A stretch of 64,000 nt of DNA from Kiritimatiellia bacterium. GTDB taxonomy: Bacteria; Verrucomicrobiota; Kiritimatiellia; RFP12; UBA1067. The stretch lies in assembly GCA_045600365.1 (NCBI GenBank), contig JAZRXT010000156.1, positions 3,516 to 67,515 on the forward strand. The letters are read 5' to 3'. Each line of letters opens with the position of its first letter. Within the stretch, counting starts at the first letter, position 1. Both the position numbers and the translations under genes were made by a program. Below are positions 8,345-18,800 of this stretch, in pieces. A model generated the notes under the pieces. That model worked only from the letters and a program-made list of their open reading frames with translations, made no database searches and was not told where the DNA came from.

Positions 8345-9532
8345 ATGAGAAAGCAAAAAAGGCGCAAAGTCATCATTGTCTTGTGGTTGGCAGGCTCGGC
8401 CGGACGCAAGCAGCTGACGGGCATTCTCCACTATGTGAACAGCGGCCACCCCTGGAGCGTACATCTCGTGACCGACCCGAAGGACTTCACGAACGATACG
8501 ATCCGCAAGGCGATTGCCGACGGCATTGATGGTTTCATCGTCCACACCGATGCGCAGGCCGCCGAGGGACTTGCCTCATCGACCATTCCGACCGTGCTGA
8601 TGGACTTCCCTCCGCCAAGACTCTCGAAACGCAAGCACGCCATTGCCGTCATCCTCGACAGCGACGAGGAGATCGGCAAGGTCGCCGCCGACTATTTCCT
8701 GCAGCTCGGCCGCTTTGGCAGCTACGCCTTCATCCCCGACCGGGAGAACCGCGGCTGGTCGCGTCTGCGTGAACGCGGCTTCAAGAACGCTCTCCTGAAG
8801 AAGGGCATCGACTGCCAGGTCTTCGGCGCGGACAAGGGGCCGCTTGCAGGCTGGCTGAAGGGGCTGCCTAAACCCGTGGCCGCGCTTTGCGCCTACGATC
8901 TCGGCGCCCAGGACGCATTCGAGGCCTGCCGCCAGGCCAAGTTGTCCATCCCGGATCAGGTTGCCGTTCTTGGGGTGGACAACGACGAACTCATCTGCGA
9001 CTATTCCGAACCATCGCTTTCGAGCGTACGCATCGACCACGAGGCGCTCGGCTTCGAGGCCGCACGCACGCTCGAACACCTGATGCGGCGGCCGACCGAC
9101 GGCGAACTCAAGCGGATCTTCATGCCGGCCGACAACGTGGTCGAGCGGGAGTCGACGGCGCCAACTGCGCCCGCAGCCCGTCTCGTCGCCCGCGCGCTCG
9201 CCTTCATCAAGGCCCATGCGACCGATGGCATCACGGTTTCTGACGTCGTACGCCACCTCGGCGTCTCACGGCGCCTCCTCGACCGTCGCTTCGGCGCCAC
9301 CACCGGAACCTCCGTCCGCCGTGCCATCGAAGACCGCCGCCTTGAGCAGGTGAGGCATCGACTGGAGACCTCCAATCTGCCGATCGTGAAGATCTCCCGC
9401 CTCTGCGGCTATGCCAACGCCCAACGGCTCAAATACGTCTTCCGCCAGCGCTTCGGCTGCTCCATGAGCGAATGGCGCAAAACGCCACTGACTACCTCAG
9501 GAAGACCGCCGTCCCACGCTCGGGAACCTTGA
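8345..9532 (+). CDS. AraC/XylS-family transcriptional regulator with N-terminal periplasmic-binding-protein-like (LacI-type) sugar-sensing domain (XylR-like)
   Basis: The C-terminal AraC HTH reads SVRRAIEDRRLEQVRHRLETSNLPIVKISRLCGYANAQRLKYVFRQRFGCSMSEWR. The N-terminal PBP-like region reads IDGFIVHTD...AVILDSDEEIG...AALCAYDLGA. Confidence 0.8.
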   Translation: MRKQKRRKVIIVLWLAGSAGRKQLTGILHYVNSGHPWSVHLVTDPKDFTNDTIRKAIADGIDGFIVHTDAQAAEGLASSTIPTVLMDFPPPRLSKRKHAIAVILDSDEEIGKVAADYFLQLGRFGSYAFIPDRENRGWSRLRERGFKNALLKKGIDCQVFGADKGPLAGWLKGLPKPVAALCAYDLGAQDAFEACRQAKLSIPDQVAVLGVDNDELICDYSEPSLSSVRIDHEALGFEAARTLEHLMRRPTDGELKRIFMPADNVVERESTAPTAPAARLVARALAFIKAHATDGITVSDVVRHLGVSRRLLDRRFGATTGTSVRRAIEDRRLEQVRHRLETSNLPIVKISRLCGYANAQRLKYVFRQRFGCSMSEWRKTPLTTSGRPPSHAREP

Positions 9533-12317
9533 GGAAGCCGGTACCGGTGATCCAGCTGACTTCACACGCTGCCCCACTGCCGACGGCTCCATAGACGCCA
9601 CCACAGCTACGACCTCCGTCAACGTATAGATAGTCGCAGGCATTCGTGCCAACATTGTCGAGATCGACCACAGCCGTCGAGGCGACAGACCAAACCGCCT
9701 TCTCGCCGAAGGCCTGTTCGTTCTGTATCCTCAGAGTGCCTCCGCTCACGGTCACGCGCACACAATTGGGCCACTTGCCGCTGGATGTCATCCGCAGCAC
9801 CCCCTTCTGCACCTCGATCGACCCTTCTGTAGGGCTCTCCACGCCGATCGCATGCGTGCCGACACCGTTCTTGACGAGACTGACCTTGCCGGAGAAGACC
9901 GCACAGTCGACGCGATTGACGCCGCCTTGACCGGTAGGATCCCTGTTCGAAGCGATCGAAAGCGTCGCGGGGCCGTCGCTCTTGATGGCCGACCCCTGTC
10001 CCTGTTCGCTCGTCGCCAGAACACCAACGCGCTGGTCGGTTCCGCAAAGGTCCCACGTCGTCGAGCCGAGCCGCAGGAGCTGGTCGGCCTGAAACGCATT
10101 GGCGACCCGCGTGAACAGCTTGCCGCCGTAGAACTCGCACCAATCATCGCCGGAAATGCGGTTGTTCGTCACGCGGAAGTCGACGGTGGGCGACTGTCCG
10201 CTTTTCACGTAAAGCTGCCGCGCAGCGTTGAACGGCTGGTTCGTGACGACCAGCGTGCCGCTCCCGGTCAGGTAAAGATGTGAATAGACGGCGCTGAGAA
10301 CGGCCTGAATACCGCCCGCGAACGTCGCCGTCGCATTCTTGCCGAGGGACATCTTGGCCTCGCCGATCCACTGGATCTTTCCTTTGAAGGTTGTGTCGGA
10401 ATTGTCCGCAAAGGTCATGAACGCCGCGCTCGGCTCGGTATTGACGAACGCGCCGCTGTCCATCGGCGCGCTCTGCACCGTCGTGCCGCTGAAATTGAAC
10501 TTCGCCTTGCTGTGGTCGAAACTGACCGTGCGCGACGCCGCACCCAGCGCATTGCCGGATGAAACGTTGTACGTACCCGAATTGAGCGTCAGTGCGCCCG
10601 TGTGCGTGCTCGGCGCGGCAAGGCCGATCGTGCCCGCATTGTCCACTGTGACAGCCGACTCGCCTGAGATGCCACCCGCGAGATTGACGGTATTGTTCGC
10701 GCCGACCGACCACGCCTGAGCCTTGGCGAGTGAAAGCGGCCAGTTGACCGTCCAGGTCGTCGCCGCCATCGCGTCGAGCACCGTGAGGCCAGTCGCGCCG
10801 ATTTCCGCCGCCGCACCAGCGCCAGAGGCGAACGTGAAGGCGCTGCCGCCGAAGGCGTTCTTTAAGACGAGACCGTCGAACTTCGCCTCGCCCGTCAGCG
10901 TCGCCGAGCTGCCGCCGGCCGCAAACGTTGCGAGCAGATCGCCGGCCGCGAAGTCGGGCGCCACGCCCATCTGCCAGTTGCCGTCGAGCGACGTCGCGTC
11001 GCCGCCCGCGTCGCCGCCAACCCACGTGTCGGCGTTGGCCGGACCCGTCAGCACGTTGACCGTACCCGGACCTTCGATCCATGCCGCCGCACGCGTACCG
11101 TTCGCCCCGTCCGCCGAATAGACGCCAGGTGCCATCGCCGCCGCGGCCAGGGTGGCGGCATTGAACGTGAGCTGCACGCCGGCGGCCAGCTTCAGCTTGG
11201 CCGTGACATCCCCAAGCGTCAGGCTGGCGGCACTGAAGCCCGCGCCCGAAACCGCGTCGACGTCGAAGACGGCGCCGGCCGAAACAGACAGCTCGGTGAG
11301 CGCCGTGAACGTCGCACCCGTCACCAGTTTGAGCGTACCCTTCTCGACGGACATCCGGCCTGTCGTCGTCGAAGTCGCATTCGAGCAGACGAACGTGTAG
11401 TCCGCCGACGCCGGCGACCACGTAAGCCCCGCCTTCTTGGCGAACTGTCCCGAGAACACCATCGGATTCACCTTGGGCGTGCCCGTGAAGGAAATCTGCG
11501 CCTCGTAGTCGGCCGAAATGCTGTGGCCAGTATTGGCAACGCCGTTCGTCTCGATGATCGCGCTGTTCTTGAGTACCAGTCCGTCGGCATGAATCGTGCC
11601 GCCGTCCTTGCAGGTGTATTCAAGGCACTGAGTCGAATCATCGCCGTCAAAGTAGAAGACGAGCCCGTTCTGCGCCTTCGCCGTCGTGATGTTGATCTTG
11701 CCCTGCTTGATCTTGGTAAAGGGAATCGTATAGTCGCGATTGCCTGCCTGATAATAGCAGACAAGCGTCCACTTGCCGTTTTTGACCAGCGTCGGGGACC
11801 CCTCCTTCTTATTGAATGGCTTCTGGAACTTGAGGTCGGCGCCACTCGTCGACTCGATTTCAGTCTCCCCGTCTCCATAGAGAGAAAGACCGGTCGTCCC
11901 AACCCAATTGCCGCCGATCTGCAGCTTGTGGCCCGTCTCGACGCTCAGGAAAAACTGACTCGCGCCGCTCGCAGTCCAGTAGACGTCACCCCAAGGATAG
12001 GTGGCCTCGCCATTATTGGACGAAAAGGTCTGCGAACCACTCGGCCGGACCAATCTGACCGTGTCACCGCGGGCCGGCACGCCATTTTGGCCGCCTTCAT
12101 CCGCCCAATTGTAGGCCTTGGTGATGAGACCGCCATAATTACAGTCCTTTGTGGTTCCCACCCAAGACCATGTCTTCACCTCGGCCATTGCCGAAGCGGC
12201 AGCCAGCGTCCCCATCCCTACAAGCAGCTTCTTGCAGAGTTGAGGCAAGCGTTTCGGTTTCGCGCTCGCCGCGCATTGCCAATGCGTTATTTCACCACTG
12301 TGGATTTTGCATGCCAT
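9492..12317 (-). CDS. Large secreted autotransporter-associated beta-strand repeat (PATR)-type surface protein
   Basis: ATG at 12317 with SD GAGGAGGAG. The N-terminus has a signal-like stretch (KKLLVGMGTLAAASAMA). There are many G-rich beta-strand repeats (GSGTLVVTN, GGTLRI, GTLKLVTGATF, NAGTIGLAAPSTHTGALTLNSGTYNV), common in Verrucomicrobia/Lentisphaerae. Confidence 0.6.
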   Translation of the reverse strand: MACKIHSGEITHWQCAASAKPKRLPQLCKKLLVGMGTLAAASAMAEVKTWSWVGTTKDCNYGGLITKAYNWADEGGQNGVPARGDTVRLVRPSGSQTFSSNNGEATYPWGDVYWTASGASQFFLSVETGHKLQIGGNWVGTTGLSLYGDGETEIESTSGADLKFQKPFNKKEGSPTLVKNGKWTLVCYYQAGNRDYTIPFTKIKQGKINITTAKAQNGLVFYFDGDDSTQCLEYTCKDGGTIHADGLVLKNSAIIETNGVANTGHSISADYEAQISFTGTPKVNPMVFSGQFAKKAGLTWSPASADYTFVCSNATSTTTGRMSVEKGTLKLVTGATFTALTELSVSAGAVFDVDAVSGAGFSAASLTLGDVTAKLKLAAGVQLTFNAATLAAAAMAPGVYSADGANGTRAAAWIEGPGTVNVLTGPANADTWVGGDAGGDATSLDGNWQMGVAPDFAAGDLLATFAAGGSSATLTGEAKFDGLVLKNAFGGSAFTFASGAGAAAEIGATGLTVLDAMAATTWTVNWPLSLAKAQAWSVGANNTVNLAGGISGESAVTVDNAGTIGLAAPSTHTGALTLNSGTYNVSSGNALGAASRTVSFDHSKAKFNFSGTTVQSAPMDSGAFVNTEPSAAFMTFADNSDTTFKGKIQWIGEAKMSLGKNATATFAGGIQAVLSAVYSHLYLTGSGTLVVTNQPFNAARQLYVKSGQSPTVDFRVTNNRISGDDWCEFYGGKLFTRVANAFQADQLLRLGSTTWDLCGTDQRVGVLATSEQGQGSAIKSDGPATLSIASNRDPTGQGGVNRVDCAVFSGKVSLVKNGVGTHAIGVESPTEGSIEVQKGVLRMTSSGKWPNCVRVTVSGGTLRIQNEQAFGEKAVWSVASTAVVDLDNVGTNACDYLYVDGGRSCGGVYGAVGSGAACEVSWITGTGFLKVPERGTAVFLR

Positions 12318-12505
12318 GGTTGACTCCTCCTCGATTACGGTTACATTCTCGCCCATCCGCCCAGAACTTCCGATAGCATGACGATACCGTCGTCGCACTC
12401 TTGGGCAGGCTCCTTTTCGGTCAGGACGCGCTTGCCTCATCCACAAGCTGGTTCAGCATCGCGTACAGGCTGAAAAAATTTTGATACTCTTAAGAAAATC
12501 ACTCC

Positions 12506-15500
12506 CTACTTCAGGCTCCTGATTTCGTCCTCGGCGAAGACGGCACGTTTGTTCTGATGGTAGTTGAATATGAGCCTGTCCTCCGCAGACCAGTCGGTGG
12601 CCTCGGCATAGGATCCGACGAACGGCACCGCAAGATCGATCCAGCAGGCGAATAGCCGCTTCTCCTCCTCCTTCAGCAACACGCCGTGATGGGATGGTTC
12701 GAGGTAGTTCATGATCAAGCTCTTCGCCGATCCCTGCGCATACGGCGGCAGCATGGCGGAGCGCCCCGCATTCGAATACCAGGAGAGCATCTTCCTCTGC
12801 CTCCCGTTCTGCGTGAGCGAAAGATACGACTGCGAAAAACGCCGCCGCGATCCGCGCTTGAACTCCGGCACGGGCTTGCCGGTGAAGTCTGGACGCGCCT
12901 TGGCCTTCTCGGAACCATCATGGCACTTCACGCAGTGCGCGTCCAGAATGGGCTGGATGCGCTGCACGAAGCTGAAGCCCTCGACGACGGCGTCAGGATC
13001 GTCCGACCGCGGCGCATTCACGCCGAGGTAGTTGGACACAGAGCCGAGGATGCCATCCTTGTCGAGTCGCGCCAGCAGCGGATGCGGATTCTGTCCCGGC
13101 GCCGGACGCAGACGCTGCACGCTCACGGGACGACGTGTGTAGCCGCCGGGGAACACCTGCGTCTTGTCCTCATGGCATCCCACACAGGACGCCTCCTCGC
13201 CCGGCCGCACCGTGACCCAGCTGCGCATCGTCTGCACGGTGCGTCCGCGCGCATCGAGCGCCTGGAAATAGACCCCGTTGTTCGCCGGACATTCGAAGTA
13301 GCAGCTGCCGTCCTCATTCACATCCACCTCACCCAGCACGTGCTTGACGTCCCACGTGCCGATCGCGCTGATTACCTCGCCGCGGCCATCGTCGCCCGGA
13401 TGCGAGACGAGACTGTTGATTGCCGGATCGCAGTCCTTCGGCCACGGGCTATCGTCCTCCTTGTGCAGGAATGCTGGACGCGACTCGATGGCGACCACCC
13501 GCAGCTTCTTCACCGTGCCGCGCGGTATCCCCTTCAATCCCTCGCCGACATGGATGTCGGCGACATAGAAGCGTCCGTATGCCTCATTCCACTTGATCGA
13601 GGATACGCGCGGCACCGCCGTTCTGCGCGGCGCAACCGCCACCGGCTGGCACGCCCCCAGCATGGGGTCGTAAGCAAGCAGTTCGCGCTCGCCTTCCGCG
13701 TTCTGCCAGTAGATGCCGAACTGCGGGTCCGCCGCCCATTTGTCGATGAGCGAACCTTCAGGGAGGAAGGCGGTCACCCATTCCGTCTCGCCGAGCGGCC
13801 ACGGATGCGCCCATTGCGCACCGATCTGCCCGAATGCGTCGACGTGCTTCTCGGTAAGAAGTTCGGGAACGGCGTAGTGCGAGGCGACGCAGCCGGGCTT
13901 TTCCTCCATCGACGAGCCGGACACGAATTCAAGGGCGCTGTCGCCATTGAGTCCCTTGCGACGATCGATCGTGATAAGTTTGCCCTTCTGGTTCACGTGG
14001 TGCCCGGACGCAATGGCGATGACCTTCGGCGAACCGGGTATCTGCCGCGCGTGGAAGATCGCGCTCGGGAAGAACGAGTCCGCACCGTAGTAGGCCTCCT
14101 GCTTCGTGCCGTCCCAGTTCATCGTGAAGAGCGTCTGCTGGAAACGCGCATTGCGGTCGTTGTATTCCCAGCGCGTGTAGATGATGCGCCCGTCGTCGAG
14201 TTCCTGCGGATAGAGGCTGGACGCGCCGTCGAAGCTCACCCGCCGCAGATGGCTACCATCGGGATCGCAGACGTAGAGGTTCACGTAGAGTTCCTGATGG
14301 CACGGCACCACGGATTCGCAGCGTGTCGACTCGAACACGATCTTGTTCGCGCCCGTCCAGACCGGCTCGGTATCGGCGCAGGGCAGGATCTCTCCCGGCA
14401 GTTTCACACCCTTGACCTCGCGCGAAATCCGCGCGGGCGGCGAGAACGTGATCTGGCGGAGTTCGCGCGTGTCGAGGTTCATCGTCCACAGGTGGAAGTC
14501 GTCGCCCTCGCGCGCGAGGTACGAATCCCACGGCAATGCGTCGGGATAGTCGGTCATGAACCGGTGCGGCACGTAGTACTGGTTGAGATTGTAGCTGTCG
14601 CGCATCGAGAAGACGGGCATGCGCCCATCGGGCGACAGCGCGGGATCGCGGATGCAGCCCTCGGGCCGCGCCAGCAGCACCTCGTTGGATACGGTGCCAT
14701 CCGGATGGATCGTGAGCAGACAGAGCTCGCCGCCCTTCGTCCAGTTCTTCGGGCGCGAGTCGATGAGATCGTCGGTCTGATAGACCGTGCTCGAATGCGG
14801 CGAGTCGCTGCCGAAGACAAAGTGCTTCACGTAGACGAACCGCGGCGTCTTCGCGGCCAGACTGGCAAGGCGCACCTTCCGCCGTTCTGCGCATAGCTTG
14901 AAGTAGGCAGCCCGGAGGGCGGGATCATCAGGCCGGAGGTTTTTCAGCTCGGGAGGGAGCGTGCGGCCCACCGACTTCGCCACCTTCTCCAGCACGGCCA
15001 GCGCCCGGGTGTTGTCTGCGCCCGGCGCGAACACCGAAACGAAGTTGTCGATCCCCGCGTCCTGCATGAGCCAGTCCTTTTCGAGACGGCTGGAAGGATA
15101 GGCGAGACCATTCGCAGTCTTCACGGGGAAATCGGCGGGGCGTGCATCGAAGAGGGATATCTCGGCGATATCAACCGCATCAAGGTATTTATCGTCGCCG
15201 CCGTATGGATGGCCCCAGATGTCGCAATGCGTCTTCTGCAGCCACCGACCAAAGATTGAACGTTCGTTGATGGCAGTGGCGCCGGTCTTGTGGATGTCGA
15301 GGCGAAGATAGCGCGCCTTCGTCTTCGGCCATTCCACAAAGGCGGAGTCACCGCAAAAAACTACGGGCAGCGAAACGCACTTCGGCGTGAGAGGGCGTGG
15401 ATGCGCGCCGTCTATCGAGTCCACGGCACAGACGGTCACTTCTGCGGGCAGTCTTCCCAGCCAGCGAGATGGCTGCGCGACCAGGCGCATGCCGGTCGTT

Positions 15501-15760
15501 TCGCGTTCGGCACCCAAATCGAACGTGAGGTTGAGCCGCTTCTCGCGTACGGACAATGTCGCGAACGTCGTGGGATTGCCGTCGTGCAGCGCCGCCATGC
15601 CATGCCCGTCCACCTCCGTGCCCCACGGCTTCACGGTCAACGGCATGAACTCGCCTCCGGCGCACGTAGCCGCAGCCAGCGCAAAGATCATGAACAGATC
15701 GAGACTCGTCGTTCGCACGATTCGATCAGACAATTTGTGGAGCAATGCTTTGTTTGCCAT
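12506..15760 (-). CDS. Secreted TolB/PD40-like beta-propeller protein with C-terminal planctomycete-type cytochrome c domains (two CXXCH)
   Basis: ATG at 15760 (MANKALL...LDLFMIFALAAATCAGG signal). An alternative TTG start is at 15805. Propeller repeats are visible (LSPDGRMPVFSMRD, GSHLRRVSFDGASSLYP, DGTKQEAYYGADSFFPS). The CXXCH motifs are ASCVGCHEDK and AHCVKCHDGS, followed by a PSCyt-like tail KRLFACWIDLAVPF. Confidence 0.55.
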   Translation of the reverse strand: MANKALLHKLSDRIVRTTSLDLFMIFALAAATCAGGEFMPLTVKPWGTEVDGHGMAALHDGNPTTFATLSVREKRLNLTFDLGAERETTGMRLVAQPSRWLGRLPAEVTVCAVDSIDGAHPRPLTPKCVSLPVVFCGDSAFVEWPKTKARYLRLDIHKTGATAINERSIFGRWLQKTHCDIWGHPYGGDDKYLDAVDIAEISLFDARPADFPVKTANGLAYPSSRLEKDWLMQDAGIDNFVSVFAPGADNTRALAVLEKVAKSVGRTLPPELKNLRPDDPALRAAYFKLCAERRKVRLASLAAKTPRFVYVKHFVFGSDSPHSSTVYQTDDLIDSRPKNWTKGGELCLLTIHPDGTVSNEVLLARPEGCIRDPALSPDGRMPVFSMRDSYNLNQYYVPHRFMTDYPDALPWDSYLAREGDDFHLWTMNLDTRELRQITFSPPARISREVKGVKLPGEILPCADTEPVWTGANKIVFESTRCESVVPCHQELYVNLYVCDPDGSHLRRVSFDGASSLYPQELDDGRIIYTRWEYNDRNARFQQTLFTMNWDGTKQEAYYGADSFFPSAIFHARQIPGSPKVIAIASGHHVNQKGKLITIDRRKGLNGDSALEFVSGSSMEEKPGCVASHYAVPELLTEKHVDAFGQIGAQWAHPWPLGETEWVTAFLPEGSLIDKWAADPQFGIYWQNAEGERELLAYDPMLGACQPVAVAPRRTAVPRVSSIKWNEAYGRFYVADIHVGEGLKGIPRGTVKKLRVVAIESRPAFLHKEDDSPWPKDCDPAINSLVSHPGDDGRGEVISAIGTWDVKHVLGEVDVNEDGSCYFECPANNGVYFQALDARGRTVQTMRSWVTVRPGEEASCVGCHEDKTQVFPGGYTRRPVSVQRLRPAPGQNPHPLLARLDKDGILGSVSNYLGVNAPRSDDPDAVVEGFSFVQRIQPILDAHCVKCHDGSEKAKARPDFTGKPVPEFKRGSRRRFSQSYLSLTQNGRQRKMLSWYSNAGRSAMLPPYAQGSAKSLIMNYLEPSHHGVLLKEEEKRLFACWIDLAVPFVGSYAEATDWSAEDRLIFNYHQNKRAVFAEDEIRSLK

Positions 15761-15819
15761 GATTGATCTTCCCCGTATGGTTGATTCCTCGTTCAGCCGC
15801 TTCAAAACTCTCTCCAGAT

Positions 15820-15848
15820 AGTATAACTGATTCGTCCCCGCCTGTCAA
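15820..15848 (-). promoter_or_regulatory. Consensus sigma70 promoter TTGACA-17-TATACT upstream of the 12506..15760 gene
   Basis: The minus strand reads tggtaTTGACAggcggggacgaatcagtTATACTatctgg. The plus-strand positions are tgtcaa at 15843-48 and agtata at 15820-25. Confidence 0.5.
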
Positions 15849-15862
15849 TACCAAATAACGAA

Positions 15863-18800
15863 TTACGATATTTCCGCGGGAGGCAGAAAGAACTCGTGGA
15901 AATGGTGCCACTGGGAAGGATGCCGAAGCGTCTCCTCTTCAAGGAACGAAACATATTCCTCCAGCATTCTGCGTCTCGCGGCATGGACGGCTGACCGACT
16001 GGCGACGGCTACGGTGGAGGCATCTGTAACGAACTGGCGGAAATGCACCTCCCACAATTCACGCCCCACTTTGACGCAGGTGAAGAAATACACCGGCGCC
16101 CCAACCAGATCGGCAAACGCGAAGACCCCAAGCGGCCACCTCGCGTCACGGCCCATGAAAGAACAGACATCGCGGTTCGACCGCGCTCTCGCCGGAGTCG
16201 TCCGGTCGCCCGCCATCAACACTAGCTCGCCTCTTCGGACGGCGTCCTGCATGTCCACCGCAGTCTCAACGCCGATATCCTCGGTGGAATGGAGCACAAA
16301 GGCGTCGACGTTGAAATGGCGCTGCACCATTCGCGTGAATTCTGTATCGTGCCCGAGGTGCTGAAAGGCATGGACGCGCGCGCGTCTTGATCCCGCGCCC
16401 CGGTCGAGCGCCGATAGCATTTCCGCGCATCCGAGATGCGATGAGACCAAAAAGGCGCCCCTACCGGAGTCCAGCAGATCTCGCAACGACCGCCAAGCAC
16501 CGTCATCCCGCGCCGTCACCCGCGGCAACGACCGCCGCAGCGTACAGGCGTCCGTCTTGTCCACAAGAGTCCAGGCATACTCCAGTAGATGCCGAAACAA
16601 TCCGAACGTGCCAGCGCGTTTTCCACCATAGGCGGAAAGCGTCGCGTAGAAACTGCGCAGGGCCAGCCGGGCAGGCCGCGCAAAAGGATAGACGAACAGC
16701 ATCACCAGTAGAGTCAATGCCTTAACGGCACGTTTCCCCAGATGAGAATACACCCACCACATCAGCGCCAGCCGGAATCGACTGGCGCTCTGCTCGCGCT
16801 GAGCGTACCATGCCGTCTCCGCCGTAGCCGGCGATGTTCTGGAACCATCCGAGGAAAACGCCCTCGCGAACAGATACGAGAACGCCAGCGCCAGCGCGAA
16901 GACCACGCCCATGGAGCGCGTGACCGGAAAGGAGGTCAGTGCCAATGCGCCAAGCCCGACAAAGCTGGTGAGGAAGGAGGCCGTGACCGCGCGCAAGGTT
17001 GAGCGCGACGGGCTGCCGGCCCAGAAAATCGCATAATCCACGCCCAACCCCACCACGATGAAGAAGCAGAGCGGATGAAAGAAGGTCATCTTCACCCCGC
17101 ACCATCCCAGCAGACCCGCCGTGGCGGAGATCGCGCACGCAACCGGGAGGATGTACTTCGGGAAACGGCGGCGGAACAGCCCCACGAGCACAATCGCCAT
17201 CACCAGAACCGACGCCCCCAGCAGACGATACGTCTCATTCGCATGCCGATCGAAAAACGCCGTCAACTCCACCTGTGGATTGAAACGCCTGACACCTGGG
17301 GACGAGCGCTCATCCATCCGGCTTCCAGGGGTCTCCATACCCATCAGGAAGGTTCTTCCGCCCCTTTGAGCCAGCATTGGCGACAGCAGTCTAGACATGA
17401 ACTGGTTCTCCATCGCCTCCTGTGGCGAGAGGAGGCGTTCCCGCGATGGCATCGGCACCTTCAAGCCCGTCTTGGCGGAGTAGTCGCCACCGCGCTGCCT
17501 GCAGAACTCGGCCACCATGAGCGCGTTCTCGCGCTGTCGCTTCAGTGAGGGCACAATAGACGACACCCCCCGCAGGCCAGCGGCCTCCTCGCGTTCCAGC
17601 GCCTCCTGGATGTCGCCGCCCTCAGTGACGGCATATTCGCCTGTGGACATCCCCAGTGAAGCAAGCAACCGTTCACCGGCCAGCAGCGTCGACGGCGGCC
17701 TGTAGAACGAGGCGGGGCCATTGTCGGTCCTGAGAAAGACGACTCCGCCGGCGCAGAAAAGCACCAGAGCGGCGGCGATCCAACGCTGCCAGGGACGGGC
17801 GCGCTGCACCGGCACCCCGTCGGCTGCGGCCTTCGGTCTGCGTCCCCAAGCGCACACCATCAGGAAGCAGAAGACGCCCACCAGCCCCACGGTGGTGAAA
17901 AGCGCCATCTGCCGCAGCACCAGGACGGAGGAGAAGAAAAGCGGAACGAAGCCGGAGAGCGTGGTCGCGAGCGCATGGAGAATCTTGCGACGCACCTGCG
18001 CCTGCTCGTCCCCGGCAGCCAGAATATGATACACGTAGTCAACGCCAAGCCCGATCAGCGAAGTACCGAAGACGAACGTGAGCACATGCGGACGTGACGG
18101 GCAGGCGAAAAGAGCGGCCGTACCGGCAAGCGAGCCGCAGGCCAGCGCGGCAAGCAACAGGGGGACAAACGCGAAGGAACCGAGAAGCACGCGGCCAATC
18201 GACAGCACGGCAAGGATCGAGGCCCACGACAGCACGGCGATCTCGCGCATGGACCGCGTTCGCGCAAGGGCAGAATGGAAAGGCGCACCACAGGGATATG
18301 CCCGTACCGGTCCATTCTCCGCATTGAAGATGCGAACGCGCTCAAGGACGTCCAGCATTCGCTTCACCCCTGCGGAATCAACCTTGCATGTCCCCTCCAG
18401 TAGCACGAAATGATGGCCGTCGCGCTCCATTGTCGGCAACCCATTGCGCATTGACCAGGGCGGCACGGCGCCTTCGGCGAGGTCCATGAACCATATGGTG
18501 CCGAGCATGAACGGATCGCCGCGCAGCGGGAAAACCGGGGGAACGACACCGGAAAAGAGCAGCGACAGCGACTCCTTCTCGACCTCGGCGTAGTTCCGCT
18601 GCAGCAGGTTGGTGCGGGTAGATTCGGCGAGCAGTCCATCGCGCCGTGAGGCGAGGAAATCGACCGCCGCCGCGATTCCATTGTCCGCCGCCGCATCCGG
18701 CTGGACCAGCGGGCGCAGACGCACCGCCGCCGCGTCCACGGCGGTGGCGGAATCGCCTTCCAGCAGCAGTCGCATTCGCGATGACTGGACGGAGGACAGC

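Noticed and set aside
12686-14896. 736-aa plus-strand ORF antisense to the TolB/cytochrome gene
   Set aside because: Arg/Ala/Val-rich composition with no motifs. The sense strand carries the clear domain-containing gene.
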